A DNA stretch of 64,000 bases from Sphaerodactylus townsendi (GCF_021028975.2 NC_059429.1:138446001-138510000); one strand, 5' to 3'. Shown: positions 24,701 through 37,400, counted from the stretch's first letter. The notes: generated from the sequence alone by a model not told the origin. Numbers and translations are program-made.

Positions 24701-27700
24701 GAAAAGTAAGTTAGAAGAAAAAAGAAAAGTTACATTATTATCTACCCATTTCTATCTTCCATAACTTAGTTACATATCTTTGGAAAGGGGTTCTGCTAAC
24801 TGTCAAAGTCTGTTAGGTTTTCCCAAAGGAGATAATTTCTTTGTTTATTTATTTTTTTTTATTTTAAACATCTAAATTCCTTGTATTCAATAATCTGGTC
24901 AAAGGATTAGAAATCCAGTAATATAGAGAAGCAGAAAGAGGAAAAAAGACTAAAAATAGAGTCAGGTAAAACTACAAGATAAGAAGTAAAAGGAGAAACC
25001 AACAAGATTTTCAGGGTATAAAGCTTTTGAGAGTCCAGACTCCATTCGTCAGACACCTGCAGACGAGGATGGCTCCCCTCTGAAACTGCCTTCGTGGGTG
25101 GGAGAATGAGCAATCTGAAGCTAGAAATGCTGGTGAGGTTTCAGGTTCCAGCATTAGTCCCAGATGGGACGGGCGTCTTTGCATGTGTGTACAGAGGTGG
25201 TTGTATTGGCTGCTGTTCTGGTTCCAGTTTCACAGACCCCGTGGTTTCCATGGACCTCCTGCGAGCTGTTCTGCAGCCCACAATCAACGAGGAGATCCAG
25301 GCCGTCTTTGGTAAATACATGAAGGTAAGAGCTGTGTGTGAACTGGCAGCCCTGCAAGTTCATGGGTGGTCTTGCCCGTGTGTAGCTGAAGGGTACATGG
25401 AAGGCAGAGATGGTTCTTCTGTCTGCTGCCAGAGTGGACCTCCATTCTTTCTCTAGGCCAGTGGTGGCGAACCTTTGGCACTCCAGATGTTATGGACTAC
25501 AATTCCCATCAGCCCCTGCCAGCATGGCCAATTGACCATGCTGGCAGGGGCTGATGAGAATTGTAGTCCATAACATCTGAGTGCCGTGCTAGTTCGCCAC
25601 CCTGCCTTTAACTCAAACTATGGGATGGAACGCTAATGGGCCTTGAGGGGTGTTTTTGGAAGGGACGGAGCAGCAAAGGGAAATGTGGTGTTTGGGCGAG
25701 AGTCTCTGCCGGTTCGTGTTGTCCCGGCTCCAAGAACGCCATTCCTGTCTCCAAGTTCTTCCAGAAGGCTGCAGGAAACGTGCGAGAAAACGTGGGAGAG
25801 GATGTGGACACGGAGCAGCTTATTCAAGAAACGTGTCGGAGCTGCCTGGAACAGGTGGGCGTCCCCCTGCCGCCCGCCCCTTCGTGCTGAGGGTGCGAAC
25901 CCCAGAGTGAAAATGGGGCAGAAGCGGCCCTAAATCCTCTTGGCATCTGGGAGGTGATTGCCTCTGCTGAGCAGAGTGGGGGTGGGAGAGGTGAGTGGTG
26001 CGCCCAGTTCACCCTCCTCCTTTGGTTTCCTTCACTGGGGAGAATTGATCCTGGGTCGTGGCTTCCTGGGCATTTACATGCCCCCCCTTCTCCCATACAC
26101 TTCCTCTCTTGGCTGGATTTCTGAAAAGTTAAGGGCCTGCCAGCAGAGGGTGGTAGGAGTAGCTTGGGACAAGGATATCTGAAGGGGCCGTCTTCTCCCT
26201 TGCATTCCTGCCTCCAAAGTGAGATCACCAGGAGAGGTTTCTCCTCACCATCTCATCAATCAAAGTCACTCATCTGGTGGGTCATCAAGAGTGGGCCTTT
26301 TCAGCAGCAGGAAGTGTACCTGGAGCCCTCATGGTTGATCATAGAATGATCGAGTTGGAGGAGACCACAAGGGCCATCCAGACCAACCCCCTGCCATGCA
26401 GGAACACACAATCAAAGCCCTCCCGACATGTGTTCATTCAGCCTCTGCTTAAAAAACCTCCAAAGAAGGAGACTCCACCACACTCCAAGGCAGTGAAGTC
26501 CACTGTCGAACAGCCCTGACGGTCAGGAAGTTCTTCCTAATGTTTACGTGGAATCTCTTTTCCTGCACCTTGAACCCATCGCTCTTGGTCCTAGTCTCTG
26601 GAGAAGCAGAAAACAAGCTTGCTCCCTCACCAACATGACATCCCTTCAAATATTTAAACATAGCTATCATGTCACCCCTTAACCTACGCTTCTCCAGACT
26701 AAACATCTCCAGCTCCCTAAGACTCTCTTGGTAGGTCATGGCCTCCAGACCTTTAACCTCTGCAGGACATGTTCCAGCTTTTCAATATCCTTCTTGAATT
26801 GCGGTGCCCAGAACTGAACACAGTACTTGAGGTGAGGTCTGACCAATGTCACAGAGTAGAAGATGCCACCATTTCCCTCGATCCGTACACTATTCCCTTT
26901 ATTGGACTTCCAGGAAGCTGTTAGCTGCTGGTTTTTTTAGGATTGCATTTGACTGATTTGGTCTTATTCACTGACAGTCCCAATTGGAGTGTTTGAATTG
27001 TTTTGTTGTCATTATTTTATTTGTCTTGGAAGCCACCTTGCAGCTAATAAATGTTTGGAATAGATAGTTAACAATCCTAGTAGCTTCAGGTATCATCAAA
27101 AAGTGAGCCCGACACAAACCATGCACAGTCTCCACCCCGGTTTCTTTACCAGTGGAAGTGCTTCCCGCCCCTTTATGGCCTGCAAGGATAACTGCTCAGT
27201 GTTCCCTTCTGAGGCCCCCGTTTTGGGATTCTTCTGACTATTTATCGTCCTTGCAGGCCAAGCTCCTCTTCTGCGACGGCAAGAAGTCAGTGGCACGGCT
27301 GCCCCATGACCTGCCAGCCTTGAAGGTAGAAACCCACCTCTCTCTGGTAAAGGCTGGGAACCCTTGGCTGGAAAGCCAGGCAGGGGCTGTCCTGCAGGGG
27401 CCCCTTTGGGTCCGCGCTGTGCTGAGCCCGAGGGTGCCGCTTGCCTTGAGACTGGAGGGCTGGCACGGCTGCGTGGCGCTCTCTTTCTTTCTTTCTTACT
27501 CCCCTTCTCCTTTTCTTGGGCCAGCGGAGCCGCCCCGTGGAAGAAGATCTCACGCAGCAAGGAAGCCCGATCCCCAAGAAGGTGAGAGGCCTGGGGAAGC
27601 CCTCAGAGCGGCTGCATGCTGCCCCTCAGCTCCCCTCCTGCCCCTTGAGAAGGGGCCTCGACCCGGCACAAGCACCCTCCCTCCTCTGGGGCAGGTCTGG

Positions 27701-30700
27701 GGCTCTGCAGGAAGGGCGGGACATGGTGGGGAAACACTGACCAAAGGTATCCTTTCAGCGGAAGGGGCGGCCTCCCGGGCAGAGCCAGTTGAGCGACCGA
27801 GGGGCTTCAGGAACAGGCATGTAAGTGTGGTGCAGGGATTGGGGGGGGGGGGCATTTGTATCTCCCTTGGTCCGTCCTAGAGTGTTCCCTGGGGTGACCC
27901 CTAGCTAAGGAGCAGTATGTGCAGGGAGCGGGACGAAGTGGGAAAGACTGCCATGTACTTAATAGGACCCTCCATCCATCTATCCATGTCGGTACTCTAT
28001 TGTCAAAGGCTCGCCCAGCCAGAGTCCAATGGTTGGTGCAGGTCTTCCAGGCTGCATGGCTGCGGCCTGGTGGTTCTGACCAGGTGTACGGCTGGCATCT
28101 TTGGAGACATGATAACCTACAAGATAGAAAACAGTGTGCCAAGCACAATGCAATAGAACCGAACAACTCAAAGAGTCAACATTGGCACACTGGCCTGGAT
28201 TTGTATGTAGACATCATTTGTAATAAACAATTCAAAACAACATTTGTTCAAAGTTATTATTCAGACGCGTGGTGCGATTCTATACAGGATTCTCATTTTT
28301 CTATGTACCATCCATGAATGGACTCAAGGCACAGGAGATATCAGCTCTGGACCTTTGTCATTATATCTTGAATGAAATTATGAAACTGTACATTGATATG
28401 ATTTATTGACACTGGCACTTTATATATTATGCACTTTATCTTTTCATTATAGTATATTAGAATAGGGTTAGCATTAGTGTAAGTGAATTTACAAGTGTGC
28501 AATAACAAAAATAACTTTGAACAAATGTTGTTTTGAATTGTTTATTACAAATGATGTCTACATACAAATCCAGGTCAGTGTGCCAATGTTGACTCTTTGA
28601 GTTGTTCGGTTCCATTGCATCTTTGGAGACATGTCATGGGATGATGGGTTTCTCTCTGTGGCACAGTGGCCAGTATTGCTCCGTGTTGTCTGTTCAGATT
28701 GGCTCTTCAGCGTCTCGGGGGGAGAAAGGTTTTTCACATCACCTGCAACGGGGGTCCTTTATTATTTATTTATTTGTATTTGTTCCCCGCCCTCGACCCC
28801 CGTCTCAGGGCAGGTTGTAATAAAAGCCATTTGAAATCTAACAGTAGTAAAATCACAGAAAAAATCACATCCCAAAAACTCTTTAAAAATCTGAAATCTC
28901 ACCCACCCACAAAAAGGGAGGGCTGTACAGACACCGGGGGGGGGGGCTTTCCCAATGTGGGGAGTCAACCAAATGCCTGGGTGAAGGGGACGGTCTTCAC
29001 TAGGTGCCGAAACTCCAAGAGAGTAGGCGCCTGTCAAACCTCTGGGGGGAGGGCATTCCCACATGTTGGGGAGGCCACTGTAGAGATGCTGCCTCCAGGC
29101 AGCCCCTCCCTCCAAAATGGAGTGGGACAGCCAGGCAGGCCCTCCCCTCCAGTCTTAGTGTGCTCAGTGCTTCTCTCGGGACCCGGAACTCAAACCCTCG
29201 TGATTTGAGCGGGGAGATGCCAGGGTTTGAACCCGGGACGTTCGGCTTGCCAAACCGGTGCCCTGCCTGTCAGTGAGCCACGGTGCTTCCTGCACATGGC
29301 AGTGTGGGGCCAGGGGGGATTGGGGGGTTAGGATTAAGAGGGAGGCCCAAATGACCCTGTTTCTTGGGAAACTGCTGCACAAACCAGGAGGAACTGAATC
29401 AGGGCTCCTGGAAAGAGGCGGCCGACCATAAGCCCTCGCATGGATCCTTGGGCAGCTGGGATTGCAGGCTGGGCTCTTGCACAGGCGGTGGAAGGAGTGG
29501 GGGGTTCCAGGCAGGCAGCGAAATGCAGCTGGGAAGCAGGCGTGCGAGCACCCTCCACCACTCTGCCATCCTCGGCCCCTGGACGCCACTGAGCCCAGGC
29601 ACCCTCTCTCCTCTCAGGTGGAAGACCAAGTCCTGCGAGCCCCTGCAGAGGGACGGGCCAAAGGTGAGGGGCTGCTGACCACCTGCCGCCTCCCTGCTAA
29701 GGGGGAGCCCCCCGGGGGCCTTTCTGCAGGCAGGAGAGCAGAGGAGGAGGCTGGTTGCCTGATCCTGGGAGGGGGCTTCTCAGAAGTGGCAGGCTGGCCT
29801 GGGTAGATCTTGGGCCTGACCCAGCACTCTGCTTCATCCCCCAACGGGCCGGAGGAGGGGGGAGCTGGACCCCCCTGCCCCAGGCAGCAGCCCCCTTGTG
29901 AGGGGAAAGTGCACAAACCAGCCCTAAGGACTCTCCTCCCTGTTGCTGCGCAGTGGGATCCCTCGCGGATTGTGGAGGGCACCGCCTTTGTGCTCGGCTC
30001 CAGAGCAAACAAGTGAGTGATGCTGGCGGAGGGAGGGAGGGGTGGGTGGGACAGGTGTGAGACGAGGAGGGGGCTGCCGATCTCAATGCCCTTTGGAGGC
30101 CGGAAGGCGCGAAGGAGAGTGTGGGTCTCTCCCGTTGTGACCGGGTCCCTGTCGGTGCTTCTGCTGCAGAGCCCTCGGGATGGGAGGAACCAGAGGCAGG
30201 CTGTACATCAAACACCCGCACCTGTTTAAGGTCAGTGCGTGGAGGGAAACTCGCCTGAACCTGTGAAGCTGCCTTATAAGGAATCAGACCACCTGTCCAT
30301 CAAACTGCGTATTGGCTGCTCAGACGGGCAGCCGCTTTGCAGGGTTTCAGGCGGAGGTCTCTCACCTGAACCTTATAACTGGGGACCCCAGAGACTGGAC
30401 GTGGGCCCTTCCGCACGGCAAGCCCAGCCTCGGCCCCTTCCTGTTGCCTGGGGGGTCCACAGGGCCCAGGGCAGAAGCACCTGTGGCAGGCCCCAGCGGG
30501 TAATTTCGTCTCTGGTTGTTTACTCCCTTCCCGCAGATGCTGTGATGTGGTCTTCCCCCTGTCGAGTATTGTGTGTTTTGTGCCCCACAGTGTGGAACTT
30601 GGGGGGTGGGACCTGTCCTTGCAGCCTCTGTTGCTTAATAGCTTTGAGCTGCTCCCTTACTGCAAAGCAGACCCGTTCCTTGGGGCCACCCTGATCAGGC

Positions 30701-32216
30701 CCTGTTGGAGGAGGAAGTGGCTGGGGTGGGGGGAGATGGTTGCAGGGCCAAGCGCGGTTTCCCTCAGTCTGTGGGCAGGCCTCCCATGCACGGCTGCTGA
30801 GGGCCCAGAACCAGCAGTGGAAATGTTTAATGATGCCTCTCCCGGCACCGTAACCCACCCTTGTGCAATGCATACGCAGCTGACCCTGGGACAAGCACTG
30901 GCTGGCGAGCAGCAGCACATACGAGGCCACAGGGAGGCAAGATGGTGAAGTGGGCAGGCGGGGAGCGGGCCGAGGGCTGGGCAGGGATTGGCCCCTCCAA
31001 GGGGAGGAGCCCGTCAGGCCTTGTTCTGGCAGTGACTGACGGGTCTCAGACTCTCCACTCCCTGGACTAGGGCAATACATCTGTTACTTTATTACGCAGC
31101 AGTGGCGTAGGAGGTTAAGAGCTTGTGTATCTTAATCTGGAGGAACCGGGTTTGATTCCCAGCTCTGCCGCCCTGAGCTGTGGAGAGCTTCTCTGAAATT
31201 CAGATTAGCCCTGTGCACTCCCACACATGCCAGCTGGGTGACCTTGGGCTAGTCACAGCTTCTTGGAGCTCTCTCAGCCCCACCCACCTCACAGGGTGTT
31301 TGTTGTGAGGGGGGAAGGGCAAGGAGATTGTAAGATCCTTTGAGTCTCCTACAGGAGAGAAAGGGGGGATATAAATCCAAACTCTTCTTCTTCTTCTCAT
31401 TTGTTTACTTCATTTATATCCCAAAGTGGCTTCCACCATCCTTCTCTTATCCACACATCAACCCTGTGAGGATTGTAGGTCAAGAGCGTGTGACTGGCTT
31501 AGTGAGTGTCCAGGGCCCAAGCTGGGATTTGATCCTGGCTCTCCTCGATCCTAGTCTGAAACTCCAACCCCACGATGGAACCTGGAGTGAGGGTCTTCTG
31601 TAGCGGGGAGGCTAAGCAGCTCCCTCGGTGATCTCACTAAAAGCTCTCTCCTGTTGCAGGCTTATCTGCTGCTAGAGGAGGATATTCAGGACCTGGTCGC
31701 CAGTGACGAGTACAGGTGAGAGATGGGGTAGGTGCGGGGCTGGCCCTGGGCCGGCCTCCTGGTGGGGATCAGGGGAGATGGGGTGAAACGAGCAGTGGCG
31801 GCAAACCTTTGGCACTCAGATGTTATGGACTACAATTCCCATCCAGCCCCTGCCAGCATACACTGGCTGGCACGGGCCATGCTGGCATTAGTCCATAACA
31901 TCTGGCCAATTAGCCCATGCTGGCAGGGAAGGTTTGTAATCCACCACCCCTGCAAGGGGGTAGAGTCACCCCAGGGACTGAATGAGCTCTCCCCACCCCC
32001 CGGCCCAGTGTTTCTCCACTTCAAACTGCTCTGCCCCATTCCTTCCCTTCCCTGTGCTTTTCTTACCCCAGGGGGTCTGTTGACTTGAAAATGGAAGAGC
32101 TGAAGCCCTTCGTCCCACCTCCATGGATGACGGTCAAGATGCGGAAGTTCATGGAGCTCCTCCGTAGCGAAGGGGACCAGCCACCCCCGCCGGCAGAGGG
32201 GCCTCCTGACCCCTAG
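21730..32216 (+). CDS. DNTTIP1: Deoxynucleotidyltransferase terminal-interacting protein 1 (MiDAC subunit), 13 coding exons
   Basis: Exons 21730-21828, 21924-21997, 25228-25324, 25756-25854, 27257-27325, 27525-27581, 27759-27820, 29618-29663, 29954-30012, 30170-30230, ~30873-30944 (indels), 31660-31715, 32072-32216. Peptides [33 protein letters not shown] (AT-hook), [35 protein letters not shown] at 32306. Confidence 0.97.
23987..24473. mobile_element. Non-autonomous hAT element in DNTTIP1 intron 2
   Basis: Termini CAGGGGTAGGGAAC/GTTCCCCACCCTG, TSD CTCTAGAA. Confidence 0.85.
24570..24992 (-). mobile_element. L1-like 3' fragment with 19-bp TSD, inserted into a second Penelope-like family fragment (24529-25060)
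   Basis: TSD AGAAACCAACAAGATTTTC at 24551 and 24993; T-tail and minus-strand AATAAA at the left end. The host fragment has a degenerate CTGACGA hammerhead core near 25050(-). Confidence 0.65.
26341..26900 (-). mobile_element. CR1 LINE 3' fragment
   Basis: ORF 26449-26739: [26 protein letters not shown]...[13 protein letters not shown]. Confidence 0.9.
28112..28616. mobile_element. AT-rich insertion with 110-bp inverted arms and 17-bp TSD (probable retroelement with inversion)
   Basis: Arms 28149-28258 and 28510-28619; direct repeat GCATCTTTGGAGACATG at 28095 and 28617. Confidence 0.7.
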
Positions 32217-32427
32217 CCAGTAGCTGCTCTGGATCACTGGGCAGTGGGGGGAGGAATGCAGGGCTCAGCTGAGCGGTCGACTGTTGTTGTAAGAATCAGG
32301 CTTTGAATAAACACCTTGACTTGAACTGGGGCCTCCTGCGTTGTCGGAAGAGTGGGGAGGCGTGGGACGAAGGCTCAGTAGTCTCTTGGCTGTGCCAGAT
32401 TGGGGGCTTTCCTGAGCAGGAGAGCCA

Positions 32428-32672
32428 GTCCAAAACCTTTATTAGGCATAAAACGGGTGTGTGTCATGAATTCCAAATACAGTAAAAAGATCATTATTGC
32501 ACAACTTGCAGAAGACAGAGTAAAAATGTAGCAACTGCTTCAGAGATTTCAGCATTAGAGTTATTTAGAAGCTTAGCCATTTTTACCTTATCAGAAAGGA
32601 GCATAAATCCTGTTGGTAGTACAGTTCTCAAATCAGTTCTGATGTTGTTGTATTTTGAACAGTGTAGAAGGA
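32428..32672 (-). mobile_element. Non-LTR retrotransposon 3' end (RTE-X-like)
   Basis: Minus-strand LLLHCSKYNNIR..VATFL C-terminal remnant followed by aataaaggttttgg. Confidence 0.5.
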
Positions 32673-33556
32673 GAGCTTGTGAGTCCGTCTCTGCAGGGAG
32701 CCAGTGGCTGAAGCCTCCCCCTAGAAATGCAGCCCCCTCGTGGCACTGGAGAGCCGGCCTCATCCAACTGGGGCACAGCAGTAAGCAGCAGCGTGAATGC
32801 ACCCCCATGTCTCCTGCCGAATCTGGCCTCCTGGTCTGCTCTTGGCCCGGCGGCAGTTCTCCAGGCCCTCGGCTGAAAGCAACCTGGTCCCTCGGCTCGG
32901 AGACTGAGCTTGGGACTTGGGCGGGGGTCCCACTCACTAGGGAAGCATCTGATTGACCTGCAGAGGGTCCCGGATTCCACCCCTGGCGTCGCTGCTTAAT
33001 GAACCTGGCAGCGGGGGATGGGAGGGACCTGCCTCTGCCTCAAACCCTGGAGAGCTGCTGCTCGTCTGCGGCAGCAATGCTGACTGTCAAGAAGACCCTG
33101 CTCGTGCCATGGGCCTACAGGGTGGGCAAGGAGAAGGTGGCCCTGCGAGAACCCCGCTCTTTGTGCTGCTGCTCCCAGGCCCATGCCTGGACTTGACTCT
33201 TTGCGACCTTGGAGGGTGCCAGGATCCCGAGTTGGGCCTGTTGCGCCTGTCTTCACTGTGGCTCGTAGTTCACTAGGGCTTCCCCTGGCTGGACTGTGGC
33301 GTGCTCTTCCCCTGGGGCTTGGTGGGTGGGTGCGAAGGCGAGGTGGCTTATTGTAGTCATCAGTGGCTGATAGGAACGCCCTGGTACCAGACGAACCAAA
33401 ACCGCAGGCGAGAGCTTTCTCACCAGATGTTCAGGCCTGGTTGGAAAAGGGATGGGGGATGCCGGGTGATAAAAGACTGACCGATTGCTCCGCTTCCCAG
33501 TACTGGCTTTCTCACGTATGAACCAAGCTTGGCTCACAACAATAAAATAAAGGCAA

Positions 33557-33742
33557 GGGGGTTTTGGGTTTTCCAAGTTGTGCGGCCCTGTCCCAGTAGC
33601 ATTTTCTCCTGACGTTTCGCCTGCATCTGTGGCTGGCATCTTGAAGATGCAGGTGAAACGTCAGGAGAAAATGCTACTGGGACGCAACCGGGTAACCCCA
33701 CAACACCCTAGGGATTCCGGCCGTGAAAACCTTCCATAACAC
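33557..33742. mobile_element. Inverted pair of Penelope-like pLTR fragments
   Basis: Palindromic about ~33642; same family as 17065-17270. Confidence 0.75.
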
Positions 33743-34204
33743 AACAATGAAGACTTCTGAGAACTACGCCAGGGTCTGTTTATTGAGTAAAGAACGGGGA
33801 TCCAACCGAGGGGCGCTGCAGGCCGAGTCCCTGTGAGCGATCCCACCCTGCAGGGCTGGAGAAAGGCGTGGAGCAGAGGAAGTGCTCCTGCGCAACATGC
33901 CGGTTTCTGCAGGGAGGTCGCCAGAACTGACCCTGGTCCGGCGTCTCGGCTGCCTCCGGTGTGACTCCTGCCGGCAAAGCCCAACCTTGGGATCCTCCTC
34001 CCAGGTGGGATCTCCCCAGAGGCCAGAGAGGTGCGGAGTGGCTCCCGAAGGCCGCACAGGGAGGGAGGCTTAACACGGGTGCATCCCGGGAAGAGCTTGC
34101 CACGTCTGAATGCTCCATGCCCGCTGAAGAACGCCCGCAGGCCTGGAAGGAATCTCTCCGCGGACTCTCGCGTGCGCTTCCGAGACGGAAGCCTCCGCAC
34201 CCCG

Positions 34205-34365
34205 GCAGCCAATGGCCGCTCCCGACGCTCTCCCGCCGGCCAATGGCGGCGCGCCCCAGGTGCGTTTCGGGAAGGGCCACGCCCCCGCGCGCTCTCATTG
34301 GCCCAGTCGAAAGCCCGCCGGCCGCTCATTGGCTGCGTCGCAGCAGCTTCGCAACATTCAAACTG
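34205..34365 (+). promoter_or_regulatory. UBE2C G2/M promoter: four NF-Y boxes and a CHR element
   Basis: CCAAT at 34209 and 34240; ATTGG at 34297 and 34328 (31-bp spacing within each pair); TTCAAA (reverse CHR TTTGAA) at 34357-34362; inside a CpG island. Confidence 0.8.
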
Positions 34366-34443
34366 GGGCCACTCGGGCAGGAGGAGCCGCCGCCGCAGCC
34401 GCAGGACGACGAGGAGGAGGAGGAGGAGGAGGAGGAAGAGGAG

Positions 34444-37400
34444 ATGGCCTCGCAGAACGCCGACCCCGCAGCCGCCCCCCGCGGCCCCAGCAAGGCGGCC
34501 GAGCCCGGAGGCGGCGCTGCCCGCGGCTCCGTGCGCACCAGGTAGGCAGGGAGGGAGGAGCCAGGCAGGTGTGGGGGGGGGAGAGGGAGGGGGCGGCTGC
34601 GGGTCTCCCGGCCTCCCCCGCCTGACCGTGCCCGCCTCTGCCCCGCAGGTTGCAGCAGGAGCTGATGACGCTGATGGTGAGTCCCGCGCGGGGGCTCCCC
34701 GCCCGCGCCCCCCACCCCGTCCCCGCCCGCCCGCGCCCCCCACCCCACCCCGTCCCCGCCCGCCCGCTTCTCCCTTCCTGTCCCCTCCCCTGACTGTGGC
34801 TCCCCGCAGATGTCCGGCGACAAAGGGATCTCGGCCTTCCCCGAATCGGACAACCTCTTCAAGTGGATCGGGACCATCGACGGAGCCACCGGCACGGTGA
34901 GCTGGGCGCGGGCAAGCCGCCGAGCGCCCGTGCATGTGCAAAGCGCCTTCTGAGCGGGCCCTTCCCTGCGCTCTGCAGCCCCTGTCCCCTGGGGCGAGCC
35001 AGCGCCACACCTCGGAAGGTCCCCATCCAGGCGAGGGCTGCTCCCAGTTCCCCGCGATGGGGAGGGGGCCAGGGTGGGAGCCCCGGTGGTGCCGGCTTCG
35101 ACTACCCTGACCCTCCCCCCCCATGCCCCCTTTCACCCTGCATCTGGAGTTTCCACGGTCGCCCCTCCCCACTGCCCGCGAAACACTTTTCAAGGCCTTC
35201 AGGAGGGTAGTGGTCGTCAGTGACTCCCGATGTAGAGCAGGGCAGCCAGGGGCCATCCAGCAGGGCCCGTTCCTTTTCCTCGGTGTCAGAGTGCTGCATT
35301 TCTCTAGCACTGGGATCTTGTGGTCAGCAGGATGTGCAGATAAAAAACCACCATTCTGACTACCCAGAATGCACAAACGCCCTGTGGGTTCCTTTCCGTT
35401 TCTTTTACTCTGGGGCTGACTCCAAACGTCAGGATCTCCAGCTCGATTCTCTGAGGACGTCGGAGTGGTTCCTTGTTGCCTCTTCATTTAAGCTGCTCAT
35501 TCGGTTCTAAAGGCCTAGCTGTGTGTGCCAAGCCTTGCTAAGCCCACCTTTTAGTGGTGTGGATGTTGACACCGTATCTGCTGAAACGGGCTGCACTTTC
35601 CTTTCCCTAAACGGCAGCGTTGGGCGGGGGAGATGGGGGCTTTCCCTGTTCTCTGATTGGCTCCTGCACCTTCCCCCACCCAGGTGTATGAAAACCTGCG
35701 CTACAAACTGTCTCTGGAGTTCCCCAGCGGGTACCCCTACAACGCCCCCACTGTGAAGTTCCTCACCCCTTGCTACCACCCCAACGTTGACCAGCAGGGC
35801 AACATCTGCCTGGACATTCTGAAGGACCAGTGGTCAGCCCTCTACGACGTCCGGACCCTCCTCCTGTCCATCCAGAGCCTGCTGGGCGGTGAGTTGGAAT
35901 CTACTTGGCTCTGGGGCTGCCGGCTTCTCTCGGCCCAGTTGGAAATCCAGCCCCCAGCTCAGAGCCGGTGGTTATTTCCCCGGTCACCACTCCCTCCTCT
36001 GTGTCGGGCAGCCTTTCTTCTTGTCCGCTTTGAGCCCTGGTCTGCAGACAGGGGGTGATGGAGGGGCACGGAGCACCCTGAATAGGCTGACCAGACGTCC
36101 CGCTTTTGGCGGGACAGTCCCACCTTTAAACAATTTGTCCCGCAGGTTCTTCAAATTGTCCCGATTTTTGGGAGGCTGCCGCACTGCCTTCTGGGGCGCA
36201 AGGCAGTGCGGCAGCCTCCCGCACGTACGGCCGCAAAAGCACGGCCTTCTGGGGCTTGCCGTTTCCCGCCCTGTCACAGGGCGCCAAATGGCAAGCCCCA
36301 AAAGCGAATGTGCCATCCTGTGGCACAATGTCTTGTATGTAACCCCCCCCCGGTGCCTGAAGGCATCGGAAACTGCCTTCTACTGAGCCAGACCCTCAGT
36401 CCACCAACGCAGTCTTGCCTGGTCATTTTTAACAAGATGCCAGGAAGCCTGGAACTTCCAGCATGCCCGGCGTTTGCTTCCCCATTGCCCACTGCCCCTT
36501 CCCACCTGGTACCAGCTCCCTGTAGCCTGGGGGAAACCACAGTCTGAGGAGGTAGCGTATTCCACAACAAACAGCGCTTACTCTCATTAGTAAGAACTTA
36601 CTGATGTTCAGGGCAGTTTGACAGTGAGCACGCTGCCTCAGAGCGTAGTAGAGTCTCCTTCTGTGGAGGTACCACTCTGCTCTGCATTGGTCAGACCTCA
36701 CCTAGAGTACTGTGTCCAGTTTTGGGTTTTGCAATTCAAGAAGGATATTGACCGGCCGGAGCGGGTCCAGAGGAGGGCAACCAAAATGGCCAAAGGTCTG
36801 GAATCCGTGCCCTACGAGGAGGGACTCAGGGAGCTGGGGGTGTTTAGTTTGGTGAAGAGAAGGTTAAGGGGGGACATGATAACTATTTGGAGGGATGTCA
36901 CGTCGAAGAGGGAGCAAGCTTGTTTTTTGCTGCCTCAGAGACTGGGACAAGGAGGGATGGATTCAAAGTGCAGGAAAAGAGATTCCACCTAAACATTAGT
37001 AAGAACTTCCTGACCGTCAGGGCTTTTGGACAGTGGAATTCACTGCCTCGGAGGGTGGCGGAGCCTCCTTTTTTGGAGGTTTTTAAACAGAGGCTGGATG
37101 AACATATGTCGGCAGTGTGGTCCTGTGTGGCAGGGGGTGGACTGGATGGTCTCTCTGGTCTCTTCCAATTCTATGAGTCCGTCTTCTCTCCTATGGCTGG
37201 CTTTTCTCTCATGGCAGTAGAATCGCCAGCTGGCTGTGTTTCTGCCGCTTTGGCATGCAAACGCACACAATGCTCTGTCCGTCTTCCTCCCATGCAGTGA
37301 GCTTCCTCCACCCCTTCCTTCCCCAGTAGGCCTGACACTGAGGTGTGGAGCATCCTATAAAGTTCATTGCATAAGGGGAGGGAGCAACGGGGCGCACCGT

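Noticed and set aside
30873-30944. Calling DNTTIP1 (or TNNC2) a pseudogene
   Set aside because: Lesions are confined to single exons in an assembly with evident indel noise; all other exons and splice sites are intact.
33661-35487. 608-aa minus-strand ORF, and similar long ORFs at 21749-22447, 44220-45098 and 54632-55513
   Set aside because: Stop-poor GC-rich CpG-island sequence overlapping real promoters and exons; low-complexity G/R/P/A translation.
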